Below are positions 30,753 to 40,659 of a stretch of DNA of 64,000 bases, in pieces; the stretch's first letter is position 1, and each line of letters begins with the position of its first letter. The position numbers were made by a program, and so were the translations under genes. The DNA is from Methanothrix sp. (GTDB lineage: Archaea > Halobacteriota > Methanosarcinia > Methanotrichales > Methanotrichaceae): assembly GCA_963682135.1 (NCBI GenBank), contig OY821645.1, positions 2,816,001-2,880,000 of the forward strand, read 5' to 3'. Below the pieces are notes generated by a model that searched no databases, was not told the origin of the DNA, and saw only the letters and a list, made by a program, of their open reading frames with translations.

Positions 30753-31383
30753 TACCAAGAAAGATGAACCACTGGAAACCCACTATTTTATCGAAGCGGT
30801 TGTCGAGCTTGATGCAGATTCTATTTTAAGAAAACGCCAGATGCTGGGTCAGTTTGTCCTTGCCACTAATAAAATGGATCTGGACGGGGAGACTATCCTT
30901 GCCAATTACAAAGGGCAACAGAAGGTTGAGCATGGATTCCGCTTCTTAAAGGATAAATGCTTTCATGTTGCGGAGATCTATCTCAAGAAAGAGGAGCGAA
31001 TAGAATCGCTAGCCATGATCGTGGTTCTCACTCTTCTCATCTATGCTTTTGGCGAATGGATCTTAAGGAAAAAACTAAGTGAAACCGGAATGACTGTACC
31101 CAATCAGCTCAAAAAACCGACCCAAAAACCAACTATGAGATGGGTGTTCCAGATTTTTATGAGGGTCACACACACGGTATTGATTGAAGACGGTCATGTG
31201 GTTAAAACAATAGTTCACCTAACCCAAGAACAGGTAACAATACTCAAGCTTCTTGGACCGGAATGTAAAAAATACTATGGGTTGGAGGGTTAATGCGGAA
31301 ATCCTCATGAGCCAGGACTAAGGCTCACGCTCGAAGAATGAAAAAAACCGATATGCAGTTCGGTTCTTTCATAGGAATGTGGG
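30750..31383 (+). mobile_element. IS1634 C-terminal remnant
   Basis: FVLATN, YKGQQKVEHGFRFLK, PNQLKKPTQKPTMRWVFQ. End TGCGGAATGTGGG is reconstituted after removing the mini-element. Confidence 0.85.
31301..31377 (+). mobile_element. 77-bp non-autonomous IS110-type mini-element
   Basis: AA|ATCCTCATG...CATAGG|AA, hairpin TGAGCC/GGCTCA, IR ATGAAAAAAACCGA / TCGGTTCTTTCAT. Confidence 0.7.
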
Positions 31384-31498
31384 ATACATTCTGGCCAAAA
31401 GCCTCGTTGTGCACAGGTCTTTCCGGCTCATGATAATTGAATCTCTTAGTTTTGTATCGTTGAATTTCTCAGATACCACTCGTTGCGCCTTTTTTAGA

Positions 31499-32734
31499 TC
31501 AAATTACATTTACTTCCGGTATAGGAATTATGAACCGTCCCCCACGTCGGCGATATTCTGCTTGCTGAACTAGAATTTCGTCGGCAAAATTCCATGTTAG
31601 TAATAATATGTAATCCGGCATTGATACCAACAGTTTGTCTGGAGAATATATTGGCAAGTGCACTCCAGGCATATAATGGCCCTGTTTAAAGGTACTGCGA
31701 TCAACAACATAGTCCAAGAACTGCTGCCCAATTCCAAAGTAATTTAGAAGGGTACTGCCCTTGGCAGCAGCTCCATATGCTGCAATTGCCTTTCCATCCT
31801 GTTTCAAGTAAGCCAGGAGGCTGCAGAGGGATTCCTTTAGCTCCTCAACCCTTCGCGCAAAGTCATTATAATACTCAAATCGATCCATTCCCCAATTAGC
31901 CTCAGCCCTTAGCAGGTTTTGCACAGCATTAGAACGGCCAGAGGAGCTGGCTTTTGCCACCAAGAGTCGAAGCGTGCCTCCATGAATTAGCACTCTTTCT
32001 GCATCCTGTATAACCATCCCATGTCGCTCGATCAGATTATCCAATGATATGAGGGAAAAGTAGCATAGATGCTCATGGTAGATGGTATCGAACTCGCATT
32101 GGTCGATTAGATCCTTGAGGTAGGGAGCTTCTATGATAGCTATCCCATCCTCTTTGAGTAGAAGACTGATACCAGCTACGAAGCCATTGAGATCAGCTAC
32201 ATGTGCCAGCACATTGTGTGCATGGATAACATCTGCTTTCTTTCCCTGCAAAGCCAATTTATTCGCCAATTCAATACCGAAAAACTCAGATAATGTGGGA
32301 ATGCCTCGCTCTTTCTCTGCCACCTTTGCTATGTTTATTGCTGGCTCAATTCCCAGAACTGGAATCCCTTTCTGCTTATAGTACTGGAGCAAGTATCCAT
32401 CATTGCTAGCGATCTCGATGACAAAGTTGCTGCTATCCAAATGGCGAGAATTAATAACTCCTTCAACTAATCCTTGAGCGTGTCTCAACATAGTATCGGA
32501 AAAGGAGGAAAAATAGAGATATTCTCTAAATAGCCTTTCAGGCGGCAACGTTTCAGTGATTTGCACCAGCTTGCAGTTAGGGCAGAAGACAAAATCCAGC
32601 GGATAGATGGCCTCCAGCCTATCGAGCTCTTCAGCTCTTAGCAAGCCATTAGCCAGTGGGGTTTTTCCTAAGGAGAGGATGGTAATTAGGCCGGTCTCTC
32701 CGCATGATCGGCAAAGAGGTTTATCAAGAATCAT
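31499..32734 (-). CDS. NDP-hexose C-methyltransferase (TylCIII/EryBIII-like)
   Basis: [17 protein letters not shown] Zn domain, EIASNDG, DTIYHEH, IHGGTLR, YGAAAKG, LLTWNF. Confidence 0.9.
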   Translation of the reverse strand: MILDKPLCRSCGETGLITILSLGKTPLANGLLRAEELDRLEAIYPLDFVFCPNCKLVQITETLPPERLFREYLYFSSFSDTMLRHAQGLVEGVINSRHLDSSNFVIEIASNDGYLLQYYKQKGIPVLGIEPAINIAKVAEKERGIPTLSEFFGIELANKLALQGKKADVIHAHNVLAHVADLNGFVAGISLLLKEDGIAIIEAPYLKDLIDQCEFDTIYHEHLCYFSLISLDNLIERHGMVIQDAERVLIHGGTLRLLVAKASSSGRSNAVQNLLRAEANWGMDRFEYYNDFARRVEELKESLCSLLAYLKQDGKAIAAYGAAAKGSTLLNYFGIGQQFLDYVVDRSTFKQGHYMPGVHLPIYSPDKLLVSMPDYILLLTWNFADEILVQQAEYRRRGGRFIIPIPEVNVI

Positions 32735-33708
32735 TTATGCCTCAGAAATTTCTCATACCAATTTATTGTTCTACGTAGGCCCTCATCAAGGCTAAAAAGC
32801 GGCTGCCATTTCAAGTCGCGCCTTGCTTTAGCGGCGGTTAAGTATTGATGACGTATCTCATTTGTAGCCTCGCTTTGCACTTCAGGGGCATATGTAGAAT
32901 TCATAATCTTGAGAATATTCTCAACCAATTCCAATACGGTTACCTGTATCTCGTTTGAAAAATTAAACGCCTGACCAAAAAGGTTCCTATTCTCGCCCAG
33001 CTTTTCCGCCAGTAGCATATACGCTGCTGCACCATCCTCTACATAAAAATAGTCTCTGATGTACTGCCCGTCCGAGCGAATGATTGGTCTATTTCCCCTC
33101 AGAACGGACCTGATAGTTCCCGGCACAACGCGGTTCCAGTTTAGGTCTCCGCCACCATAAAAATTTCCGCAGCGAGTAATTGCGAGCGGAAGGTCATAAG
33201 TTGCAACATAGGCCTGGGCAATTAGATCGGCGCAGGATTTGCTTACGTCGTAAGGATGGCGACCTTGCAGAGGTGTCTCCTCATCATAAGGCAGAGACTC
33301 GTGATCCCCATAGGCTTTGTCCGATGATGCCAGAACAATTTGTTTCACAGTGGGACTTCGCCTGCATGCTTCCAACATGGCCCAGGTTCCGCCTATATTC
33401 GTGTCAAAGGTGGAAATAGGATTGCGGTTAGCTATTGTCACAATGGTCTGAGCCGCTAGATGGATGACTGTTGAGATTTCATACTCGCCTAGTGTCTGCT
33501 CAAGCAATCCCTGATCTCGTACATCGCCCCGCACAACCTTGACGTTCTCGATCAATCTGGCCCGAACCAGCTCGCTCTGAGGCACCCAGTCTCGAACCAA
33601 ACAGACCACATCAGCTCCAGCTTCAACCAATCGACGCACCAGCCAGCCACCCACGAGACCGGTTGCCCCTGTAATAAATGTAGGCCGATCAAGCCAAAAA
33701 TGGCTCAT
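32731..33708 (-). CDS. rfbG: CDP-glucose 4,6-dehydratase-like
   Basis: [47 protein letters not shown]-coupled to rfbF. Confidence 0.82.
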   Translation of the reverse strand: MSHFWLDRPTFITGATGLVGGWLVRRLVEAGADVVCLVRDWVPQSELVRARLIENVKVVRGDVRDQGLLEQTLGEYEISTVIHLAAQTIVTIANRNPISTFDTNIGGTWAMLEACRRSPTVKQIVLASSDKAYGDHESLPYDEETPLQGRHPYDVSKSCADLIAQAYVATYDLPLAITRCGNFYGGGDLNWNRVVPGTIRSVLRGNRPIIRSDGQYIRDYFYVEDGAAAYMLLAEKLGENRNLFGQAFNFSNEIQVTVLELVENILKIMNSTYAPEVQSEATNEIRHQYLTAAKARRDLKWQPLFSLDEGLRRTINWYEKFLRHK

Positions 33709-34478
33709 TCCCATGCCTTCCAGGGTGCATGGCCTTCGTTCCATAGATTTTCAAGGAGCCGCTTGTCTCGCAGAGTGTCCATGCACTGCCAAAACCCGTT
33801 ATGCTTAAAAGCGGCCAACTGATGATCAGCAGCTAGTTGTTCAAGAGCATCTGATTCTAGACTGCATTGATCGCCATCCAGATAATCAAAGATACCGGGC
33901 TCAAAGACCAGAAATCCTCCATTGATCCATCCCTCTCCAATCTGAGGCTTTTCTGTAAAATCGGATATAAGGTCACCATCGAATATCAGGCCACCGAATC
34001 TGGCAGGCGGTCTCACCGCAGTAACCGTGGCAATGCGACCTTGAGAACGATGGAATCTCATCAGATCCTGTAGATCTACGTTACACACGCCATCACCATA
34101 TGTTACAAGAAAAGTATCATCCTTCAGCCATGGCTCCAATCTCTTTACCCGCCCCCCTGTATTTGTTTGTATGCCGGTATCTATCAAATTCAAAAGCCAG
34201 TCTTCACAATCTTTGTTTTGCATCTCTACTTTACCGTTGGAAAAATTGATCTGCATATTGCCGTTCAATGTGTAATAGTCAAGAAAATAGCGCTTGATAA
34301 ACTCGCTCTTGTAACCAAGGGCAATGAAGAAATCTCTAAAACTATAATGGGAATAATGTTTCATGATATGCCAGAGAATCGGCTTTCCTCCAATTTCTAC
34401 CATTGGCTTGGGTCTCACCTCAGTTTCTTCAGCCAAGCGTGTGCCAAGTCCTCCTGCAAGAATTGCGACCTTCGTCAT
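33705..34478 (-). CDS. rfbF: Glucose-1-phosphate cytidylyltransferase
   Basis: [40 protein letters not shown]. Confidence 0.95.
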   Translation of the reverse strand: MTKVAILAGGLGTRLAEETEVRPKPMVEIGGKPILWHIMKHYSHYSFRDFFIALGYKSEFIKRYFLDYYTLNGNMQINFSNGKVEMQNKDCEDWLLNLIDTGIQTNTGGRVKRLEPWLKDDTFLVTYGDGVCNVDLQDLMRFHRSQGRIATVTAVRPPARFGGLIFDGDLISDFTEKPQIGEGWINGGFLVFEPGIFDYLDGDQCSLESDALEQLAADHQLAAFKHNGFWQCMDTLRDKRLLENLWNEGHAPWKAWE

Positions 34479-35770
34479 GTCTTACCTCTATCAATTGAAT
34501 CGAACTTCGTGGTCCAGCGAAGGAGGGGCCTTACTACGCCAGGCAAATTACCAGAATAATCCCCTCGGGCCGAATCACCATTTTGGCTATCAATAACTTG
34601 GAAAGAGATTGCGTCACGCTCATAAAAAAGAGATATTCCGGCTTTAAAATTGCTAATAACAGCATCAACAATCATAGATCCTTCTGACAACATATTGCCT
34701 GGTATCCATGCTGTACTCAAATAATGTCCTGGAGTACGAGGATGCCGATTCCATACGGGGTCTTGGTCAATTGTAACAAAGGCATTTACTCCTTCTTCTG
34801 TAATAAGATGATAATTTGGGGCCAGAATGTATCCGGGTTTTAGCACCTTAAACTCCATCTCGATTCCCACTGGCTTTCGGATATCCACTGCATCGGCAAT
34901 CTCTCCTTCTTCCGTTCGCACCCTTACCGCCAGCAGTCGCACAATGTCATTTCCCGGAGCTTTATTAATATCCGTCCATTCTCTTGCCGCCGTAGTGCCT
35001 ATGCCGGACCGCAAATATGTACTTACCACCTGCGAAGAAGGGCCATCGTGCTGGACGCTCCCTGCATCCAGTAGGATCGTACGCGGACAGAGGCGGGTTA
35101 TGGCCGGCATATTATGAGATACAAATAGAACCGTTCTCCCTTCTTCGCCCACGCTTTGCATCTTATTCAAGCATTTTTTCTGGAAGGATGAATCCCCCAC
35201 CGCCAGCACCTCATCCACCAGCAGAACCTCCGGCTCCAAATGAGCGGCCACAGCAAAGGCCAATCGCACATACATGCCGCTGGAGTAGCGCTTGGCCGGA
35301 GTATCCAAAAACTTCTCCACCTCAGCAAACTTGACAATATCGTCGAACTTCTTATCGATCTCTCGCTGTTTCATACCCAATATGGAGCCACTAAGATAGA
35401 TATTCTCCCGCCCGGTAAGCTCGGGATGAAAGCCCGTGCCCACCTCCAGGAGAGAGCTGACCCGCCCATGCAGCTCCACAGATCCAGTTGTTGGCGAGGT
35501 GATCTGAGATAGAATTTTGAGAAGGGTGCTCTTGCCGGTTCCATTTCTGCCAATGATGCCGACTACCTCTCCCGACTCGATTTCGAAAGAGACATCCTTC
35601 AATGCCCAGAAGTATTCGTCTCCGTAGCTTGTTTTCGACTTTTGCATTAGTCGTCGAAGCGGGGTGGTTGCGATAGCAGTAAGGGCGTCTCTGAATGTCT
35701 TGTAGGATTCTCGCTTGCCTATGCAGTAGCGTTTGCCCAGGTGCTTGACACGTATTGCAGTCTTTGTCAT
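34475..35770 (-). CDS. wzt: Polysaccharide ABC exporter ATPase with C-terminal carbohydrate-binding domain
   Basis: GRNGTGKST, YSSGMYVRLAF, VDEVLAVGD, Wzt_C extension. Confidence 0.93.
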   Translation of the reverse strand: MTKTAIRVKHLGKRYCIGKRESYKTFRDALTAIATTPLRRLMQKSKTSYGDEYFWALKDVSFEIESGEVVGIIGRNGTGKSTLLKILSQITSPTTGSVELHGRVSSLLEVGTGFHPELTGRENIYLSGSILGMKQREIDKKFDDIVKFAEVEKFLDTPAKRYSSGMYVRLAFAVAAHLEPEVLLVDEVLAVGDSSFQKKCLNKMQSVGEEGRTVLFVSHNMPAITRLCPRTILLDAGSVQHDGPSSQVVSTYLRSGIGTTAAREWTDINKAPGNDIVRLLAVRVRTEEGEIADAVDIRKPVGIEMEFKVLKPGYILAPNYHLITEEGVNAFVTIDQDPVWNRHPRTPGHYLSTAWIPGNMLSEGSMIVDAVISNFKAGISLFYERDAISFQVIDSQNGDSARGDYSGNLPGVVRPLLRWTTKFDSIDRGKT

Positions 35771-35773
35771 CTT

Positions 35774-36631
35774 TCACACCACATCGGCAAAGGTCTTTTC
35801 CATGCGTTTAAAGTAATAGGCACCCGAGACGAGTAACACTATTACTATCACGAATGAGAATGCGATCATTGTGCTGGGTGGATTCGTACCCAACAGTGCC
35901 CAGCGAAAACCTTCTATGACTCCTGCCATGGGGTTCAAGCCGTATATCCATCTGTACGACCCTGGCAAGATTGTGCTTGGATAGACCACGGGCGATGCAA
36001 ACAGCCAGAGCTGGATTAGGAACGGCAGAGTATATTGGAAGTCTCGATATTGCACATTAAATGCTGAGAGCCATAGTCCGACGCCCATTGAAGTCATCAG
36101 AGCCAGCAAAATGAATAGCGGAAGCCATATGATGTTAATAGTAGGAATGAAGCCATAGTATAACATCATGACGATAAGTATAGCGAAGGCGATCATAAAA
36201 TCTATTAGCGGTGATAGGATGCCTGAGATGGGCATGACCAGACGGGGAAAGTAAACCTTGGTCATGATATTAGCATTGGTGATCATGCTATTCGTCGATC
36301 GAGTGATGCCCTCGGAGAACAGAGTCCAGGGCAGGAGTGCAGCATAGCTGAATAGTGGATAGGGGATTCCTTCCGAAGGGATCTTGGCCAGCTTGCCGAA
36401 GAAGATGGTAAAAACAACCATCATCATGAATGGTTGAATGACTGCCCAGGCGGCGCCGAGAGCCGTTTGTTTATATCTGACTTTTATATCCCGCTTGGCA
36501 AAGGTATAAATCAACTCTCTGTACTCCCAGAGCTCTCTCAGGTCTATGGGCAGCCATCCGTCCAGTGGGCGGATGATTCTTACCGGAGCTTCAAAATGGT
36601 CCGCTTTACTCTTATTCAATGTGTCGTTCAT
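35774..36631 (-). CDS. wzm: Polysaccharide ABC exporter permease
   Basis: RDIKVRYKQTALG, KVYFPR, YRDF, LNPM, FADVV. Confidence 0.93.
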   Translation of the reverse strand: MNDTLNKSKADHFEAPVRIIRPLDGWLPIDLRELWEYRELIYTFAKRDIKVRYKQTALGAAWAVIQPFMMMVVFTIFFGKLAKIPSEGIPYPLFSYAALLPWTLFSEGITRSTNSMITNANIMTKVYFPRLVMPISGILSPLIDFMIAFAILIVMMLYYGFIPTINIIWLPLFILLALMTSMGVGLWLSAFNVQYRDFQYTLPFLIQLWLFASPVVYPSTILPGSYRWIYGLNPMAGVIEGFRWALLGTNPPSTMIAFSFVIVIVLLVSGAYYFKRMEKTFADVV

Positions 36632-36711
36632 AATTATTCTTCGTCACTATTCACCTGTTGATATGATATCCAATGAGAGTCATTGTCAATGAAACACATG
36701 CACGTAGTATT

Positions 36712-37860
36712 CCTGGGTCGTGTACTTGATTTACTGAAAAGGTATCTTGAATCCCATCAACTCCTTGATAGTCCATACATGATCAGTCATTCCTTCTGCC
36801 ATTGCAGGTGTTCTTTGCATCCACTTTTTCCTTTCTTGATCAATCCTTTTCCGAAGTGACTTATGTGGCTTGACGAAGTTGTACCAAGCCTGGAAAAAGT
36901 CCAAAGCATGAGTATGCCTCCCCAAGATCTTGCTGCAATTCATACTCTTGCGCACAAATCGCGCCAATGAATTGCGAATTGTGAGATTCAACCGCTCAAT
37001 ATATGCCGTATTGATCTTTCCACCAGAATCGGCACCGAGTAAACTCATTACCTCTTTTGGATCACCATAAACAACACACTGTATTACCTCAACGATTCGT
37101 CCCTCCTCCCTTTTTTTGCATACCTTTGCATACTTCAGATTGGGATAAGGAACCAGTACTGGCTCAGGCTTTCTTCCGATTCCGCAGTAATGGGGAGTCT
37201 CAAGAAAACCATAAACATTGAGAAGCCCTTCCTCGAATGGATCCCAGTTACAGGAATTGACGAATCAATTGCTCGACGTTTTTCAATATCGCCAAAAAAT
37301 TCGACACAATCATCGGCAGTTCTTTTTCCTTCATGATGGCTCAAAAAAAGTCGAGTGTCAGGTTTTATTGCAGTCAGGCTGTAGACATCGCCGTATTCTT
37401 TCGAATCGCTGGCAGCGACGTTTTTCTCCTTTTTTTATATATGACCAGATCTCATCAACTTGCACGCGGTCCAAGCGAAGTTCTCTCAGAAAATAATCCG
37501 TAACTTCTTTGCAGTGCTCGCCGGCAAGATAGACCCACTTGCATATTGTGCTCTTATCATGGCCCGACATCCGTGCAGCTCCGCGAATGCTTCCTTTCTC
37601 TGGAATCATTGCCAGTGTTCGGCAGACCTCATCAATTGAAGTGTTAAGGCCAAAGAACGGCGTTCCGTGAGTTTCGCTGAAACAATGGCCGCATGTTCTG
37701 CATTTAAGGAGCGCCCGGTTATCCTTACCATATCTCTCCTTCAAAACTATGTTTCCTGCACCCTTTTTCCCGTAATCAGTACAATCTTTCTGCCAGCACC
37801 AAAAATTTGGCAAATCAAGACTTAACTCCATCGCTACCCCTTATCAATTATACAATGAGG
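36712..37860 (-). mobile_element. IS1-family element, frameshifted/decayed
   Basis: Imperfect TIRs CCTGGGTCGTGTACTTGAT / CCTCATTGTATAATTGAT and TSD TAGTATT (36705-36711, 37861-37867). Zn finger + HTH, VDEIWSYIKK with A7 run, NTAYIERLN, YNFVKPH, RTPAMA. Confidence 0.88.
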
Positions 37861-37865
37861 TAGTA

Positions 37866-38393
37866 TTAAAATATTTCAGTAAAAGAAGTATACAACCCAA
37901 AGTTGGATGGCGGTACTTTCGGCTTCTCTACCAGCCTCTTAACACCTCCATGCTCATCAAACTCCGCCACACCAAAACGCTGCGGATCATCTACCTCTGT
38001 TAGAAGAACGAGTGCATCAGGATCTAATTTTCGAAACTTCTCAGCATGCTTGGCGATCCCGCCTTTTATGATGTTGTCTCCCAGATACATGATGAACTCA
38101 TCATCGCCTAAAGAATCCTCGGAGATAAGAATGGTATGGGCCAGGCCCCTTGTCTCCCCCTGGTAGATGAACTCGATGTTGGCATCCCATTCTACGGAAT
38201 TTACGGTCTCGATTACCTGATCCTTGTTAGGCCCCAGAATTATGCCGATATCTTTGGCTCCGGCTTCGATAACGTCTTCGATTGGGTAGAAATGAATGGG
38301 CTTGTTGGCTACGGGGATGAACTGCTTCTGCTGGGAATGGGTTATGGGCCGCAGCCTGGTGCCATGGCCATCCGAAAGGATAAGGGCCTTCAT
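37866..38393 (-). pseudogene. rfbA: Truncated glucose-1-phosphate thymidylyltransferase
   Basis: MKALILSDGHGTRLRP (degenerate), YLGDN, LVEKP. Stops at about half length. Confidence 0.85.
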
Positions 38394-38437
38394 TTTTTAC
38401 CTCGCGTTTTCTATGCTTCAGTTTTGAAGCTTTTAGA

Positions 38438-39349
38438 TCATTTAATTTTTCTCATCCAGAAACTTCCAGGCCAAACGTTACTCCTGTTGTAGGAATGGAA
38501 TGCCTTCTCTAATTTATCAGGATGCTTTAGGTGCATAAAGCTGCCTCCCCATAATACTTCAAAGGAATCATTAAATAAAAGAAATGCGTGTAATAGGTAC
38601 TGCTCATTTAAGAACCTATGACTATCGATCCATTCTTTCTTATATTCCGCTGGTAAGAATATATCGTGTATATGAACAATAACTCCTTTATTGAGTCTTG
38701 GTAACAGCTCCAGATATTCAAGCTGAACATCGGAGCCTATCCTCAGGACGTGAGAGGAATCTATAAAGAGAATATCATTATCATCTAACTTGCTGAATTC
38801 AGATAAATTAACATCTTGAAGTTTGATTGATATTAACTTAGACAATCCGGGAAAACCTTTCCGAAGCGTCTTATTTGGATATGGCTCGATTACAATTAAT
38901 TCTGTATCATTGCCAAATTCCTCTTTATTCTTTTTTATGGCCTGTGCAGCCAAGTAAGTAGAATTACCAGCTCCAATTTCAATAATTTTCCTGGGTTTAA
39001 AGTGCCTGATCATGCAATAGTATATCTCGGCATCTACGGACTCAAAGGACCCATTCTTAATGTAATATTGATCGGGAATACATGTTTTAGTTCTAGGAAA
39101 TCTTTCATATTCCTGTATATATTTATTCAAAAATAATTCCAATATATTAATCATAAACTGGCTATTGATATTTAAACCCGGAAGTTCTGAATCTTTATCC
39201 CATAACGCATCGCCTAAATATCTAGTATCCGGAATGGGTGATTCAAAATAGTTCCTTGTAATATGAAATCCAAAAAACTCCCATAAAACGAATGTTCTAT
39301 TTAAAATATATTCCATAAAATAATAATATATTTTTTGAATCTTCTCCAT
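38438..39349 (-). CDS. Class I SAM-dependent methyltransferase (glycan O-methyltransferase-like)
   Basis: IIEIGAGNST, LFIDSSHV, VHIHDIFLP, NEQYLL. Confidence 0.85.
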   Translation of the reverse strand: MEKIQKIYYYFMEYILNRTFVLWEFFGFHITRNYFESPIPDTRYLGDALWDKDSELPGLNINSQFMINILELFLNKYIQEYERFPRTKTCIPDQYYIKNGSFESVDAEIYYCMIRHFKPRKIIEIGAGNSTYLAAQAIKKNKEEFGNDTELIVIEPYPNKTLRKGFPGLSKLISIKLQDVNLSEFSKLDDNDILFIDSSHVLRIGSDVQLEYLELLPRLNKGVIVHIHDIFLPAEYKKEWIDSHRFLNEQYLLHAFLLFNDSFEVLWGGSFMHLKHPDKLEKAFHSYNRSNVWPGSFWMRKIK

Positions 39350-39394
39350 TTATCCACCCGATACAAGTCAATTCTTTATTCTTTAGGTTTTTTC

Positions 39395-39416
39395 GTTCTC
39401 TGTGCCTCCGTGGTTC
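39395..39416. repeat. Half CTCTGTGCCTCCGTGGT palindromic repeat
   Basis: Same family as 395-527, at the rfbB / methyltransferase junction. Confidence 0.55.
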
Positions 39417-39454
39417 GCTATTTGCTGAGAACCCTTACACTTCGTCCTACCACG

Positions 39455-40514
39455 TCAGCTTCCATGGAGTGGCGCTCGGAGTCTTTTCGTCTGCCAGGGC
39501 CTTCCACCAACCTTCATTCTTCGCATACCACTGGACGGTGTCCTCAATCTCCTGCTCGAAACTATGCAGAGGCTCCTTCCCAGATCTCGGCGAATCTTTG
39601 AGGAATCAAGGCTGTAGCGCAGGTCATGGCCCGCTCGGTCTTCTACATACTCCTGGGAGCCGTCATCTTTAACAAGACTATTGAGAATTGATCTGACGAT
39701 CTCCAGATTATTACATCGGGAACACGGAGGGCCACGAATACCCTGACTTTCAGGTTGGGTTGACCGCACGCAGTTTGATTTTTCTCAGCTCCCGAAGAGA
39801 TGTTGTATATCTCACCCGGCTTGCCTGACTTCATGACGCTCTCCACTGCCCGGCAGTGATCCTCGACATGAATCCAATCCCGGATGTTCATGCCTGAGCC
39901 GCAGATGGGGATCTTCAGGCCCAGTGAGGCTCTGATAATGGTCTTGGGAATATGCTTCTCAGGAAATTGGTGAGGCCCATAATTGTTAGTGCATCTGGTT
40001 ATCGAGGCATTGAGGTCATAGGTTCTCGCATACCCCAGCACGAAGACGTCAGAGGCGGCCTTGCTAGCGGAATAGGGAGACGAAGGCCGCAGAGCATCGC
40101 TCTCTTTGAAGGAGCCTTCTAGAATATCTCCATAAACCTCATCTGTGGAGATGTGAACCAGCCGCACGGAGGGATTCACCTTTAGTAGAGCCTTAAAGAA
40201 TGGTTTACACACCTAAAGCATTGCTCTGCAGAAATGCTTCCGGAGCGGAGATGTTCCTGTCCACGTGAGTCTCGGCAGCGAAGTTTACTATTACGTCTAT
40301 GTCTCAATGAGTTTTGAAACCTGGGATAAATTGGTGATGTCGCCCTTAAAAAGGAGTATCTGCTGTCATTTTCCAGGTCGGATAGATTGGCGGGATTAGA
40401 TCCATACTTCAGGTCATCCAGGTTTATAACGGTGATATTGCTAATATTATCTAAAATGTACCTCATAAAGTTGGACCCAATGAATCCGGCACCTCCTATG
40501 TCCAGTACTTTCAT
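39455..40514 (-). pseudogene. rfbB: dTDP-glucose 4,6-dehydratase, multiply frameshifted
   Basis: GGAGFIGSNF, STDEVYG, SPYSASK, CTNNYGP, DRAGHDLRYSLD spread over at least three frames. Confidence 0.9.
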
Positions 40515-40659
40515 GAAAAGACTCCTATTATTATCTTATTGTTGCATAATTTTTGGAATCATACTTTTTGCGGATAAATCTCAGAGTTGCTGGAAGCGCA
40601 TGAAGGACGAACCCAGAGTCTTTAATATATACTCAAATAAGAAATCAGGACTATTTGGC

